NCBI GenBank assembly: GCA_964447415.1
Contig: CAYUSN010000001.1
Span: 33,735 to 97,734 of the forward strand
DNA: 64,000 bases
Source: an uncultured Candidatus Saccharibacteria bacterium
GTDB lineage: Bacteria > Patescibacteriota > Minisyncoccia > Phycocordibacterales > EsbW-18
Direction: 5' to 3'
Part shown: positions 1 to 8,124 of the stretch, in pieces
Numbering within the stretch: position 1 is the stretch's first letter
Layout of the letters: each line of letters begins with the position of its first letter
Program-made: the position numbers and the translations under genes
The notes under the pieces: generated by a model
What the model saw: only the letters and a program-made list of their open reading frames with translations
Told to the model about the DNA's origin: nothing
Databases searched by the model: none

Positions 1-83
1 TATCAATAAATAAAGGTGAGATGAGGTAATACGCGATACCGAGAATAATCAGCACGCCGAGAATAACAAGTGGTTTTTTCATA
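1..83 (-). CDS. partial CDS (N-terminus only; gene continues left of window): MKKPLVILGVLIILGIAYYLISPLFID..., signal-peptide/TM-like
   Basis: Minus-strand ATG at 83-81 followed by an open frame running to the window edge; hydrophobic N-terminus. Confidence 0.3.
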
Positions 84-126
84 GAAATGGAAAATTAGGA
101 GGTTAGTAATTGTGGGGTGACGTGAT

Positions 127-160
127 AGAGGATGTTAGAACTGTGTTTGAACGAAGAAAT
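127..160. repeat. direct repeat copy 1 (GGTGACGTG-A-TAGAG-GATGTTAGAACTGTGTTTGA)
   Basis: About 36/38 identical to 2044-2080; lies just downstream of the kinase gene stop. Confidence 0.5.
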
Positions 161-204
161 GATGCGAGTATATACGTCCCTTGTCTTTGACTTTTGTTTA
201 TTTC

Positions 205-1221
205 CTAAATCTTTTTCATTTTAGAAAACCAGAACTCTATCTGATCCTCTTTTAGAACAATGTCGTTTGCACCGGCTATTCTACTCCACAAAAAATCTTT
301 CAGTTCGGCGGGTACGTTTTGTTTTTTTATACTTTCTGCTTTATAAAGCAACCAAATAAAAAGATCTATATAAAAGATGGGGAGGAGCTTATTAACCTTA
401 GACAGAACATCTTGAACATCCACCTCTTCACCGTAGTAAGCTGTGATAATTTCTTTTCTTTCTTCATCTGACAAAGTCCTTTTGAGCGTGTACTGGTAAA
501 TATAATCCCAGAGAAGATATGAGATATCTTGAATAGGATTCCCGATGACTGCTGTTTGCCAGTCAATCAGATACCACCCACCCTCTTTATGGAGAATATT
601 CTCCGGGAATAAATCTCTATGTATTAAGGTGGTCCCAGTTAGTAGTTCCGCGTTATCCTTTAGGTACTGTTTGTAAATATCAGCATACTTTGAGAACAGT
701 GAAGCAATCACACTTTTGTTGTTCGTTGAAATAATTGTTAACCAGTTATCGTACAGTTTTATTTTATCCTCAGCGTTTGCATCGTGTCTAAAAGATTTCA
801 CAACCTCCTTTGTATCCACTGCGTGGAGGTTTTTTATTGTATTCGTAACCCCTCTAAAATCCGCCTCCACGCTTTTGTTGTCGTGTTCTAAATATTCTTC
901 AATTAAAAAACCATATGGGAAAAACTTTTTGCTTGAATCAACAAAATATACACGCGGGGCTACGTTGTATTGTTCAAGAAATTTAAGTACTTGGTATTCA
1001 CTTTCAACACTAATCTCATTACCGTTATACCAAACTTGGTCCGGCCAGATATTAAAGCGCATCACATATTTTGAAGCTCCAAAATCAAGAAAGTAGTTAA
1101 TGTTTGCCAACCCTTTACCTAATTCCTTCACGTTCTGTAATTCAGAAAGCCCATTTAAAAATGGGTCATTCAATAACATCCTATTTTTGAAGAAAGATTG
1201 TATCTGTTGGGTTAGGTCCAT
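205..1221 (-). CDS. aminoglycoside/choline-kinase-like (APH/ChoK family) phosphotransferase
   Basis: 338-aa ORF; catalytic-loop-like 'LIHRDLFPENIL' (HxDxxxxN) and 'IDWQTA' DFG-like motif typical of the APH/ChoK-fold kinases. Confidence 0.6.
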   Translation of the reverse strand: MDLTQQIQSFFKNRMLLNDPFLNGLSELQNVKELGKGLANINYFLDFGASKYVMRFNIWPDQVWYNGNEISVESEYQVLKFLEQYNVAPRVYFVDSSKKFFPYGFLIEEYLEHDNKSVEADFRGVTNTIKNLHAVDTKEVVKSFRHDANAEDKIKLYDNWLTIISTNNKSVIASLFSKYADIYKQYLKDNAELLTGTTLIHRDLFPENILHKEGGWYLIDWQTAVIGNPIQDISYLLWDYIYQYTLKRTLSDEERKEIITAYYGEEVDVQDVLSKVNKLLPIFYIDLFIWLLYKAESIKKQNVPAELKDFLWSRIAGANDIVLKEDQIEFWFSKMKKI

Positions 1222-1224
1222 ATT

Positions 1225-1971
1225 TTATATATTAACCACAACTTCTTGGTTTCTAAAATAAAACTTTAATTTATCCGCCAAAACCTCTACTTTGATTGCC
1301 TCACCCTTTTCCGTTAAATCCTTATTCTCTCTAATACTGTGTGCAAGATACAATTCTAAAACTGTGTCGAGCCATTCCCCGTGTGTTATCAATGCGAGTT
1401 TTTCATTCCCACCTTTTCTTTGTCGGGCTATCTCAATTATCCTCTTCAAAAAAGTTTCTACTTTCCCCCTATATTCTTGAATATCCTGTGTTGTTGGATT
1501 TTCTAAAGTTCCCATTCTAGATTTCAAGTAGTAGTCACTTTCCTGTTTAAGCCTTCCCAAAACTTCCGTCATATCTGACAAATATTTTTCCTTATCTCCC
1601 TGTTTCTTATAGATGTTTGTTTTTTCCTTGTCCAACATCTCTACGTTACTTAAACTCTGTCTCCCACCCCCAAGTCTAATCACCTCGTGCCCATGCTGAT
1701 TAAGGGCATCTTCTATGATTTGGGCAGAATTTTGGGCTCGGACTCGTGGGCTCATCATAATATAAACCTTATCTTGCTCCTGAATCTCATTATTTATTCT
1801 TTCCGCCAGATCTTGGATTTGCATTTTACCTTTCTCAGTCAAATCATTCTCTGACCCTGGGTCAGAGAACTCCTCTTTATATTCAGTATCTCCGTGCCTA
1901 ACGATAAAAATCGTAGCGAACGGGACAGGTTCCTTTTCAGTTGATTCAATTTTGTTGAGTCCTCCCTCCAT
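1225..1971 (-). CDS. histidine phosphatase (phosphoglycerate-mutase-like) family protein
   Basis: 248 aa; N-terminal 'IFIVRHGDTEY' RHG catalytic motif; 3-nt gap to the downstream kinase gene implies an operon. Confidence 0.55.
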   Translation of the reverse strand: MEGGLNKIESTEKEPVPFATIFIVRHGDTEYKEEFSDPGSENDLTEKGKMQIQDLAERINNEIQEQDKVYIMMSPRVRAQNSAQIIEDALNQHGHEVIRLGGGRQSLSNVEMLDKEKTNIYKKQGDKEKYLSDMTEVLGRLKQESDYYLKSRMGTLENPTTQDIQEYRGKVETFLKRIIEIARQRKGGNEKLALITHGEWLDTVLELYLAHSIRENKDLTEKGEAIKVEVLADKLKFYFRNQEVVVNI

Positions 1972-2043
1972 ATTATGAGTATACCAGTTCGAGCTACAAC
2001 TAGGGTGCCCGAATATACATTGCTACTTAAGACCTAAAACGAT

Positions 2044-2080
2044 GGGTGACGTGGTAGAGGGATGTTAGAACTGTGTTTGA
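2044..2080. repeat. direct repeat copy 2 (GGTGACGTG-G-TAGAGG-GATGTTAGAACTGTGTTTGA)
   Basis: Near-identical to 127-160; lies between the toxin gene stop (2102) and the phosphatase gene start (1971). Confidence 0.5.
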
Positions 2081-2101
2081 GGAGTTGGACACTCCAACAG
2101 T

Positions 2102-2479
2102 CTATGTGCCGACAAACTCTTGAAAAAGATCGGCGAGTAGCTCTCTTTGAGCGTTATCATGTTTTCCGCCCTCACCTTTATAACTTAAATTGTCCCTCCT
2201 GAATATACCTTGTAATAATATCGTCCCTTCCTCGAGATCAATTACAAAAATGACCCTGAATCCTCCTGACTTCCCTTTTCTTCTTGCCTTATCAGGCAAA
2301 CGTGTGCTCCAGCATTCAAAGCTGGAGTTTTGAAATAGGCAACTTTGGCGATTATGCGGAAGGGGAACGTTTTTAAAGTCCTTCAATGCTCGTTCATAAC
2401 CAGCATAATTACTGTCATCAACCCTTTCCCTCTTCCACCATTTATCAAAACTTTCTGTTCGCTGAACCTGCCAAACCAT
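2102..2479 (-). CDS. RelE/HigB-like type II toxin (mRNA-interferase superfamily; 'GKSGGFRVIF' motif)
   Basis: 125 aa; '...RKGKSGGFRVIFVIDLEEGTILLQGIF' matches the GKSGG-Y/F-R motif of the RelE-like (PF06296/COG4737-type) toxins. Confidence 0.5.
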   Translation of the reverse strand: MVWQVQRTESFDKWWKRERVDDSNYAGYERALKDFKNVPLPHNRQSCLFQNSSFECWSTRLPDKARRKGKSGGFRVIFVIDLEEGTILLQGIFRRDNLSYKGEGGKHDNAQRELLADLFQEFVGT

Positions 2480-2513
2480 AACAGAAAGTTATCCCTGAGG
2501 ACCGTGTACCTTG

Positions 2514-3017
2514 TTAAATCACACGAATTGAATCTTCTCTAAAAAATTCAATGTCATCCGCATTTTTATAATCCAATTCTTTTTGTACATCAGAGAAAAC
2601 CCAAGGTGCCTCACTATGGGTTTGAGCGATCATCTGGTCAGTACTCCACTCCTTAAATTCTTTACACAGATAACCTAAAAGTTTTTTTTCGTACTCATCA
2701 AAAACCTCCATATTAGGAACACCTACAGGCTCGTATCGGTCTCTGTTTCTAAATTTTTTACTCTGTTCCTTTTTTACGCGAATTATTTTCTTTTCTTTTG
2801 CCGTTCCAATTATTTTCTTTTCCAAACTTATTGCGAAAGGACCCATAGGTAAATGGATATATGTTTCTCCGGTCACGCTCTTATTTCGATCGCGATAGGA
2901 AATAAAATCAAGGTAATAGAAAAGCTTGTTGAGCTTTGTTTTACCCAATTTTTCGTTCCCGCATTCGGAGATGAAATAGAGGAGGGCGTTTAGGTACTTC
3001 TCTTGGTCTAGGGCCAT
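2514..3017 (-). CDS. Panacea-domain (DUF4065, SocA/PanA-like) putative antitoxin
   Basis: 167 aa; 'KTKLNKLFYYLDFISYRDRNKSVTGETYIHLPMGPF' resembles the DUF4065/Panacea core; 35-nt gap to the downstream toxin gene. Confidence 0.5.
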   Translation of the reverse strand: MALDQEKYLNALLYFISECGNEKLGKTKLNKLFYYLDFISYRDRNKSVTGETYIHLPMGPFAISLEKKIIGTAKEKKIIRVKKEQSKKFRNRDRYEPVGVPNMEVFDEYEKKLLGYLCKEFKEWSTDQMIAQTHSEAPWVFSDVQKELDYKNADDIEFFREDSIRVI

Positions 3018-3156
3018 TTCAACTGTATTTATAGTCCAGTATAACAGGCTATGACGCGACAGAGAATAGCCGGTGTATAACCAGAAATAGTCTAAAACGA
3101 AGCAAATGAATTTCCTTTTAAGTCCTGAATATCGCTAATTAAGGCCTGATTGGGGG

Positions 3157-3435
3157 CTAAGAAAGCTTTGAGTTCTGTGCGCCCCCGTTTTTGCCGATAC
3201 CAGCGAACAGTGAAAGTAGTTTATAGATTACCCACCCAACTAAATAGATATACACCGGAATAAAGATAAAGAACCAATAGATAAAGAAAGCATCCTTGTC
3301 TGTAAAGAAGTTTCTTATCTCTTCCATCGGACTCGTAGGGATTAAGAAAAAGATATCTAGAAACCAAAATACCATCCAGATGATGGACAGAATCCAATAC
3401 CACCTTATAAATTTGTTTTTTGGTAGTGAGATCAT
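3157..3435 (-). CDS. small integral membrane protein (2-3 TM), hypothetical
   Basis: 92 aa, strongly hydrophobic, W/F-rich. Confidence 0.35.
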   Translation of the reverse strand: MISLPKNKFIRWYWILSIIWMVFWFLDIFFLIPTSPMEEIRNFFTDKDAFFIYWFFIFIPVYIYLVGWVIYKLLSLFAGIGKNGGAQNSKLS

Positions 3436-3502
3436 ATTGTGGTGTGTGCAGTGAAATTTAACCTAAAGTAACACTTTGTAACACTTTTTGAGTCTACCTT
3501 TT

Positions 3503-3585
3503 GGTGTGTGTAGAGATGTTAAGTTTTTAATACTCCTACTTTTTACTACTTTTTCTACCCCCTCCCCCTACGACTTCCACCAAGA
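3503..3585. repeat. conserved 3' coding end plus 3' flank shared by two paralogous secreted-protein genes (copy A)
   Basis: About 85% identical to 4757-4838; covers the last ~6 codons (WWKS*), a C-rich tract and AAAAAGTAG repeats (mRNA sense). Confidence 0.5.
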
Positions 3586-4710
3586 AACAAAAGCACCCCA
3601 GAGCGTTTTGAATAAACCTTGTTTTACTTCTTGATCTGCTTCTCCTTTACTTGCCTCGGAGGTATCTGCCTTTTCTTGTCCTTGAACAATCACAATCCCA
3701 AAAAGTGACTTTGACACCCACCCTATAACCTTTTCACCCGTTCCACCTGCGTCAGTGGTTCCTTCTATGCGATACCACTCACCATCTTTATATTCTCCTG
3801 TGACAACCAGGTTTGAACCCTCAGCATAGTAACGGATTACTCCACAGTCTTGAGATGGGCATTTACGGAACTTTGCTGAGGTAGTGAGCGTACCAATTGC
3901 ACTTAAGGGTTTGATATCGTCTTCCGGAACGTCGAAGTTGGTTTCGACATTTTTTACCTCAATTGGCGGAGGGGTAAAGTTGGGCGTTACTTGCAATACC
4001 TGATTGTTTTGAGTTTTTATGCATGAGGTTTGCGATGAATTCCACTCGTATCCAGATCGGCAATAACAGAGTTCCGAATCACCATATGAATTCGGACCAA
4101 ATTGAATCTGACAGGCCTGGCTAGTTGTAATACAAACGTCATCAAGAGCGAGGTAACCATCATTACAAAAACACTCTGATCCGACTAGTGAGGCATTCTC
4201 TGGACAAGAGGTTTTAAAATCGGTTGACGAGTATCCGTAACTACCATCCGAGCTTTTGGGAATATCCTTAAAAACCACATCCTCCATGTCTCGATTTGGA
4301 GATATAAATGAGTTTTTTGCACACGCTATGGCTTCATAGGTATTAATCGAAGGAAACTTGGCGGTGTTTATCGTTAAATAACCAACGAATTTGTAACCAT
4401 CGTCGACAATGATTGGTGGATTGCTAGCGTATTCATTAAAGGCGCTTTGAGAACTATATTCACTGCCAAACTTCCCATATTCATTAAAGATGGAATCGGA
4501 TTTGTATTCGCTTCCGGCACCATATTCATTGGCAATAGAAAGACTGTTGTATTCATTTCCAATTGCTCCAATAAATATCCACTCATCGAAGTCATACCCA
4601 AAAATTGCCATCCCATCTACATCAAAACAAGAGAGTGAAGACGCTACTGCGGTATTCAGCGAAAAAAGAAAGAAAAGGCTGGCTATAAAATATTTAAGAT
4701 GCTTATCCAT
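3568..4710 (-). CDS. secreted Cys-rich protein with SH3b-like domain and conserved C-terminal tail (GLFKTLWGAFVSWWKS)
   Basis: 380 aa; N-terminal signal peptide; NEY(G)xGSEY repeats; many Cys; 'KDGEWYRIEG...GWVSKSL' is SH3b-like; the C-tail is shared with ORF 4821-5516. Confidence 0.5.
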   Translation of the reverse strand: MDKHLKYFIASLFFLFSLNTAVASSLSCFDVDGMAIFGYDFDEWIFIGAIGNEYNSLSIANEYGAGSEYKSDSIFNEYGKFGSEYSSQSAFNEYASNPPIIVDDGYKFVGYLTINTAKFPSINTYEAIACAKNSFISPNRDMEDVVFKDIPKSSDGSYGYSSTDFKTSCPENASLVGSECFCNDGYLALDDVCITTSQACQIQFGPNSYGDSELCYCRSGYEWNSSQTSCIKTQNNQVLQVTPNFTPPPIEVKNVETNFDVPEDDIKPLSAIGTLTTSAKFRKCPSQDCGVIRYYAEGSNLVVTGEYKDGEWYRIEGTTDAGGTGEKVIGWVSKSLFGIVIVQGQEKADTSEASKGEADQEVKQGLFKTLWGAFVSWWKS

Positions 4711-4756
4711 AGATTTCTGTTTTATCTATCAGGAGATAGGTTGGGTTTATTTTTCA

Positions 4757-4838
4757 GTGTGTGCGGAGAGGTTAAATTTTAAATACTCCTACTTTTTCCT
4801 ACTCTTCCTACCCCCCCCCTCTACGACTTCCACCACGT
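4757..4838. repeat. conserved 3' coding end plus 3' flank (copy B)
   Basis: Aligns with 3503-3585. Confidence 0.5.
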
Positions 4839-5489
4839 AACAAGGGCTTCCCATAAAGTTTTAAATAACCCTTTTTTCTCTGACTGATTTTTTGCGACAT
4901 CCTCACTGATTATGTCTACGGTGTCCGTAGCCGTCGCCGATGACTCTTCAATATTGCGCTCATTGACTGGTTCCGGTTCAATATCGACTTGAACCATAGG
5001 GCGAGGTTCTTCAACGCTTACCGGCGGTGGAGGGGGCTGAATTACGCTCTCTACGGGTGTTTCTTCAACCAACGGCGGGGGTGTCATTAGAGATTCCTGG
5101 TAGGCTTTCTCACCTAAAGCGACACATTCGTCATAAACCTTTTGAACATCGTCGTTGTACTCACGGATTGCTTGGCTCTGGTCTAACAACAGCGCGTCTT
5201 GTCGATCTTGAGAGTCACGTATTAATTTTGCTCTCTCTGCATCCATAGAAGATTGGCTCATTGCCCTAGTCTTCAGCTCTTCTAAATTTTCTAAAAGACT
5301 CCTCTGTTCATTTTCAATGTCTATCGTGTACTGTTCAATGGTCTTCTGTTGCGCCTTGAGTCTATAGTCATAAGCGAGATCATCATATTGGTCTTGGGTA
5401 CACAAAAAATCCGCCTGTGCGAGAAATGGTATTGCCCCCAGAAAAAGTGAAGCTACCAATATTTTTTTTATACCGAGGAAATTTTTCAT
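4821..5489 (-). CDS. secreted coiled-coil / Pro-rich protein with conserved C-terminal tail (GLFKTLWEALVTWWKS)
   Basis: Signal peptide (MKNFLGIKKILVASLFLGAIPFLAQA); alternative upstream start at 5516; same 18-aa tail as ORF 3568-4710. Confidence 0.45.
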   Translation of the reverse strand: MKNFLGIKKILVASLFLGAIPFLAQADFLCTQDQYDDLAYDYRLKAQQKTIEQYTIDIENEQRSLLENLEELKTRAMSQSSMDAERAKLIRDSQDRQDALLLDQSQAIREYNDDVQKVYDECVALGEKAYQESLMTPPPLVEETPVESVIQPPPPPVSVEEPRPMVQVDIEPEPVNERNIEESSATATDTVDIISEDVAKNQSEKKGLFKTLWEALVTWWKS

Positions 5490-5497
5490 AAAATTTA

Positions 5498-6367
5498 TTA
5501 GCCTTCGCACGCCCATCCATCACCGTCTCTGTCGAGCTTAAATTCATCGTATCCGAGAACCTGAACCTGTCCTGTGTAGTTTGGCCCATCGCCAGATCCA
5601 CCAGAACAATCGTAATCGCCTGCGTTTTGCTTCAAGCAACCGGAATAATTTGGATTACATTGCGACGATGCCTTTGCCGGCTTTGGAATTACAGGTGCTG
5701 GAGCTACAGGAATAGGGGCAGGTGCCTTCTCCTCTTCACATACCCCTGAAGCCCAGAGGCCCTTTTTGTTTATTTCTGCATTTTTTTGAGCAAGCTTAAA
5801 CTCATCCTGATATTTGTACGGGAGATCGTAAGTATATTCATATGCATATCCCTCTTTAATCATCAGAAGGTTAAAGTTGGTTCCATCTTCGAGAAAAACA
5901 TACCTAAGTAACCTGTCATATTTGTCCCTCTCTCCCTGGGTATTATCACTTTCCAAATATACATTCTTCCCCGTCAGTACTAGTTTTGCTTTATTAGAAG
6001 CTTCCGCACCGAAACACTCTACAGGCTTCCTAGGATCAACTGTTTCTGGAGTATCTATACCAATGAGCCTTAACCTTTCAACTTTCCCGTCGATAGAAAC
6101 GTCGATAGTATCTCCGTCCACCACCTTAACCACACCGTATGCCTGTTGGGTGAGTGTTTTTGGAGAGGTGCTCGTGGCTTCTGGAACAACGGAAGTCGTA
6201 ATATCCTCCAGCACCTCTGCTTGATTGTTTTCACGACCCCAATAACTAAACCAGCTAAATGGATTCCACCATACAGCCAGTGCTAATTGTGGGGCAAAAA
6301 TGCCAAGCGCTAGGATTAAAACGAGAACTCTCTTTAATTTTTCAGCACTCATGATTCCACGATACAC
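5498..6367 (-). CDS. secreted thermonuclease (SNase/micrococcal-nuclease fold) with C-terminal Excalibur Ca-binding domain
   Basis: 289 aa; signal peptide; 'GKVERLRLIGIDTPE' SNase core; C-terminal 'DCSGGSGDGPNY...DRDGDGWACE' Excalibur-type DxDxDGxxCE. Confidence 0.7.
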   Translation of the reverse strand: MYRGIMSAEKLKRVLVLILALGIFAPQLALAVWWNPFSWFSYWGRENNQAEVLEDITTSVVPEATSTSPKTLTQQAYGVVKVVDGDTIDVSIDGKVERLRLIGIDTPETVDPRKPVECFGAEASNKAKLVLTGKNVYLESDNTQGERDKYDRLLRYVFLEDGTNFNLLMIKEGYAYEYTYDLPYKYQDEFKLAQKNAEINKKGLWASGVCEEEKAPAPIPVAPAPVIPKPAKASSQCNPNYSGCLKQNAGDYDCSGGSGDGPNYTGQVQVLGYDEFKLDRDGDGWACEG

Positions 6368-6429
6368 CTGATAAACAGGAAAACAACAGGTATTGAAAAG
6401 TGTATATTTTTATGGGATAGTGCACTCAA

Positions 6430-7557
6430 ATGAGTATGAAAATAATGGATTCTCGAAATTTCTATCTCCTTTGGTACTTCTCAAAACACGATAAGTGGAA
6501 ACAGATGATGGAGATCTCATATGGAGGCCACTACGAAATGCCTATTGAGCCTTTTTGTAGTCAATACTACAAGGATTTTGTTTGGCTACTGGATGAGGGT
6601 TTTATCACAATAGAAGGGCTTTCATTTGTTGGTAATCAATTTTACAAAGAAATAAAACCCAGACTTTTATCTGCTCTAGATGGAAAACTAAGAAAAATCC
6701 TCGAAAAGAACAAATTCGGATATAAGGATTTCTTTTTACTTGAAGAGGCTTACAAGCAACTGATAGGTAACGGGAAAATACCTATCTCCATAATCATGCA
6801 CTCCCAGAGTTTGAGGGACTACCTTATGGACCCTGATTCAAAAATAAAAGTCCCGGATAAGGAAAAACTAGAGGGATATATTCAAAACTATTCTAAAGTA
6901 ACCGTACAGGAGTCAAAAATTACAGTTGGTTATGAACAGCTCTCTTTGAAAGATTTTTTTACTCTTGATTTGTTAAATTCCAAATACAAAGAGTACTGCG
7001 AACGTGAGTGTGGAAAATATGTTTACCCAACTGGTTCAAAAGAGGCCATCCGTGAATGTTTGGACTCAGAAATTCGTACAGTGGAAGATTCGGCAATATT
7101 CGATTTTGATAACATTTCCTTTCTGCTTCCATCCATGTACTACCTTGAAATGTTGGGCGCACTTGAAATCATTGAAATAGATGAGAATGAACAGGGTTAT
7201 TTTGATGTTCGATATAAATTAACTGGAAATATTCCCACCACCCTCAAGGACTCTGTTTATCTAATTGAATGTACAAAAAAGGATAGTGCAAATATGTTTG
7301 AAATTTACATAAACGGTGACAGAAAAAAACCAATTTCGGTAAAGTACGGTGAACGCTACGCGAAAGTAATCTATGAGATAGCCAATAAAGGGTTTTACCA
7401 ATCTATGGGTGCACACGAAAAAAAATTAGTTCGAGATTATATAAGATATTTTGTTGAAAAGAAGTTGCCAAAAAATTTAGCGGGGGTAAAAATAACCAAT
7501 GAACATCGAGGAAAATTTACTGCCTCGGCAGAAACAGAAATAACAATGAAAAAGTAA
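6430..7557 (+). CDS. hypothetical protein (375 aa, no recognisable motifs)
   Basis: Long AT-rich ORF with coding-like composition; no Walker or other motif seen. Confidence 0.4.
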   Translation: MSMKIMDSRNFYLLWYFSKHDKWKQMMEISYGGHYEMPIEPFCSQYYKDFVWLLDEGFITIEGLSFVGNQFYKEIKPRLLSALDGKLRKILEKNKFGYKDFFLLEEAYKQLIGNGKIPISIIMHSQSLRDYLMDPDSKIKVPDKEKLEGYIQNYSKVTVQESKITVGYEQLSLKDFFTLDLLNSKYKEYCERECGKYVYPTGSKEAIRECLDSEIRTVEDSAIFDFDNISFLLPSMYYLEMLGALEIIEIDENEQGYFDVRYKLTGNIPTTLKDSVYLIECTKKDSANMFEIYINGDRKKPISVKYGERYAKVIYEIANKGFYQSMGAHEKKLVRDYIRYFVEKKLPKNLAGVKITNEHRGKFTASAETEITMKK

Positions 7558-7558
7558 T

Positions 7559-7603
7559 TTCCGAAAAAGTTCCGAAAAGTTCCGACTTCAATTCCGAAAG
7601 TGG
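7559..7603. repeat. tandem TTCCGA(A)AAG-type repeats (4 copies)
   Basis: tttCCGAAAAAGTTCCGAAAAGTTCCGActtcaaTTCCGAAAG between two ORFs; operator-like. Confidence 0.4.
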
Positions 7604-7644
7604 ACCCCTAAAATACAGATACTAAGTAGTCTGTTTTTTTATTT

Positions 7645-7896
7645 ATGCAGATGGAACATGAAAAGGACTTATACCGCGTATCTGATCTAGCGCTTGCATC
7701 AACTCTTTTATGCCTTGGGTGCAGGCTTTGGGCAACAGACCGTTCAGATGAGAGGAGGGTTTCCTTTGTCTTTGAGAGAAACGAGGGACTAGACGAAATA
7801 CTGGAGAATTACTGGACAGGCCAGCTCCGTGTGGAGCCCGTGGCCTTTTTTAGTGCTGTTAAACAGGCTAAAAACAGGATTTATAGCGAATATTAA
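7645..7896 (+). CDS. small phage-like hypothetical protein
   Basis: 83 aa; '...RVSFVFER...ENYWTGQLRVEP...KNRIY' resembles small phage proteins (DUF5659-like); weak. Confidence 0.3.
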   Translation: MQMEHEKDLYRVSDLALASTLLCLGCRLWATDRSDERRVSFVFERNEGLDEILENYWTGQLRVEPVAFFSAVKQAKNRIYSEY

Positions 7897-7900
7897 TCAA

Positions 7901-8116
7901 ATGCCCACCAGAGACGACATAACCAGGTTTCAGGAGCTTTACAGAGAGCATTTCGGAACCGAAATCAGCAGAAAAGAGGCCCTTGAGAAAGGTGCGGGGC
8001 TATTGCGGTTTATGTCGCTTATTTATAGACCAATGGGCAAAGACGAGTTGAAGATTGTTCAAAAGCAAAGAGCCAACACCCTCCATTTATTACAAGAACG
8101 GATTACTAATTTGTAG
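7901..8116 (+). CDS. small hypothetical protein (start moved to the internal ATG at 7901 of ORF 7829-8116)
   Basis: 71 aa beginning MPTRDDITRFQELYREHFGTEISRKEALEKGAG...; the upstream part of the tracked ORF overlaps the previous gene. Confidence 0.3.
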   Translation: MPTRDDITRFQELYREHFGTEISRKEALEKGAGLLRFMSLIYRPMGKDELKIVQKQRANTLHLLQERITNL

Positions 8117-8124
8117 AAACTAAT

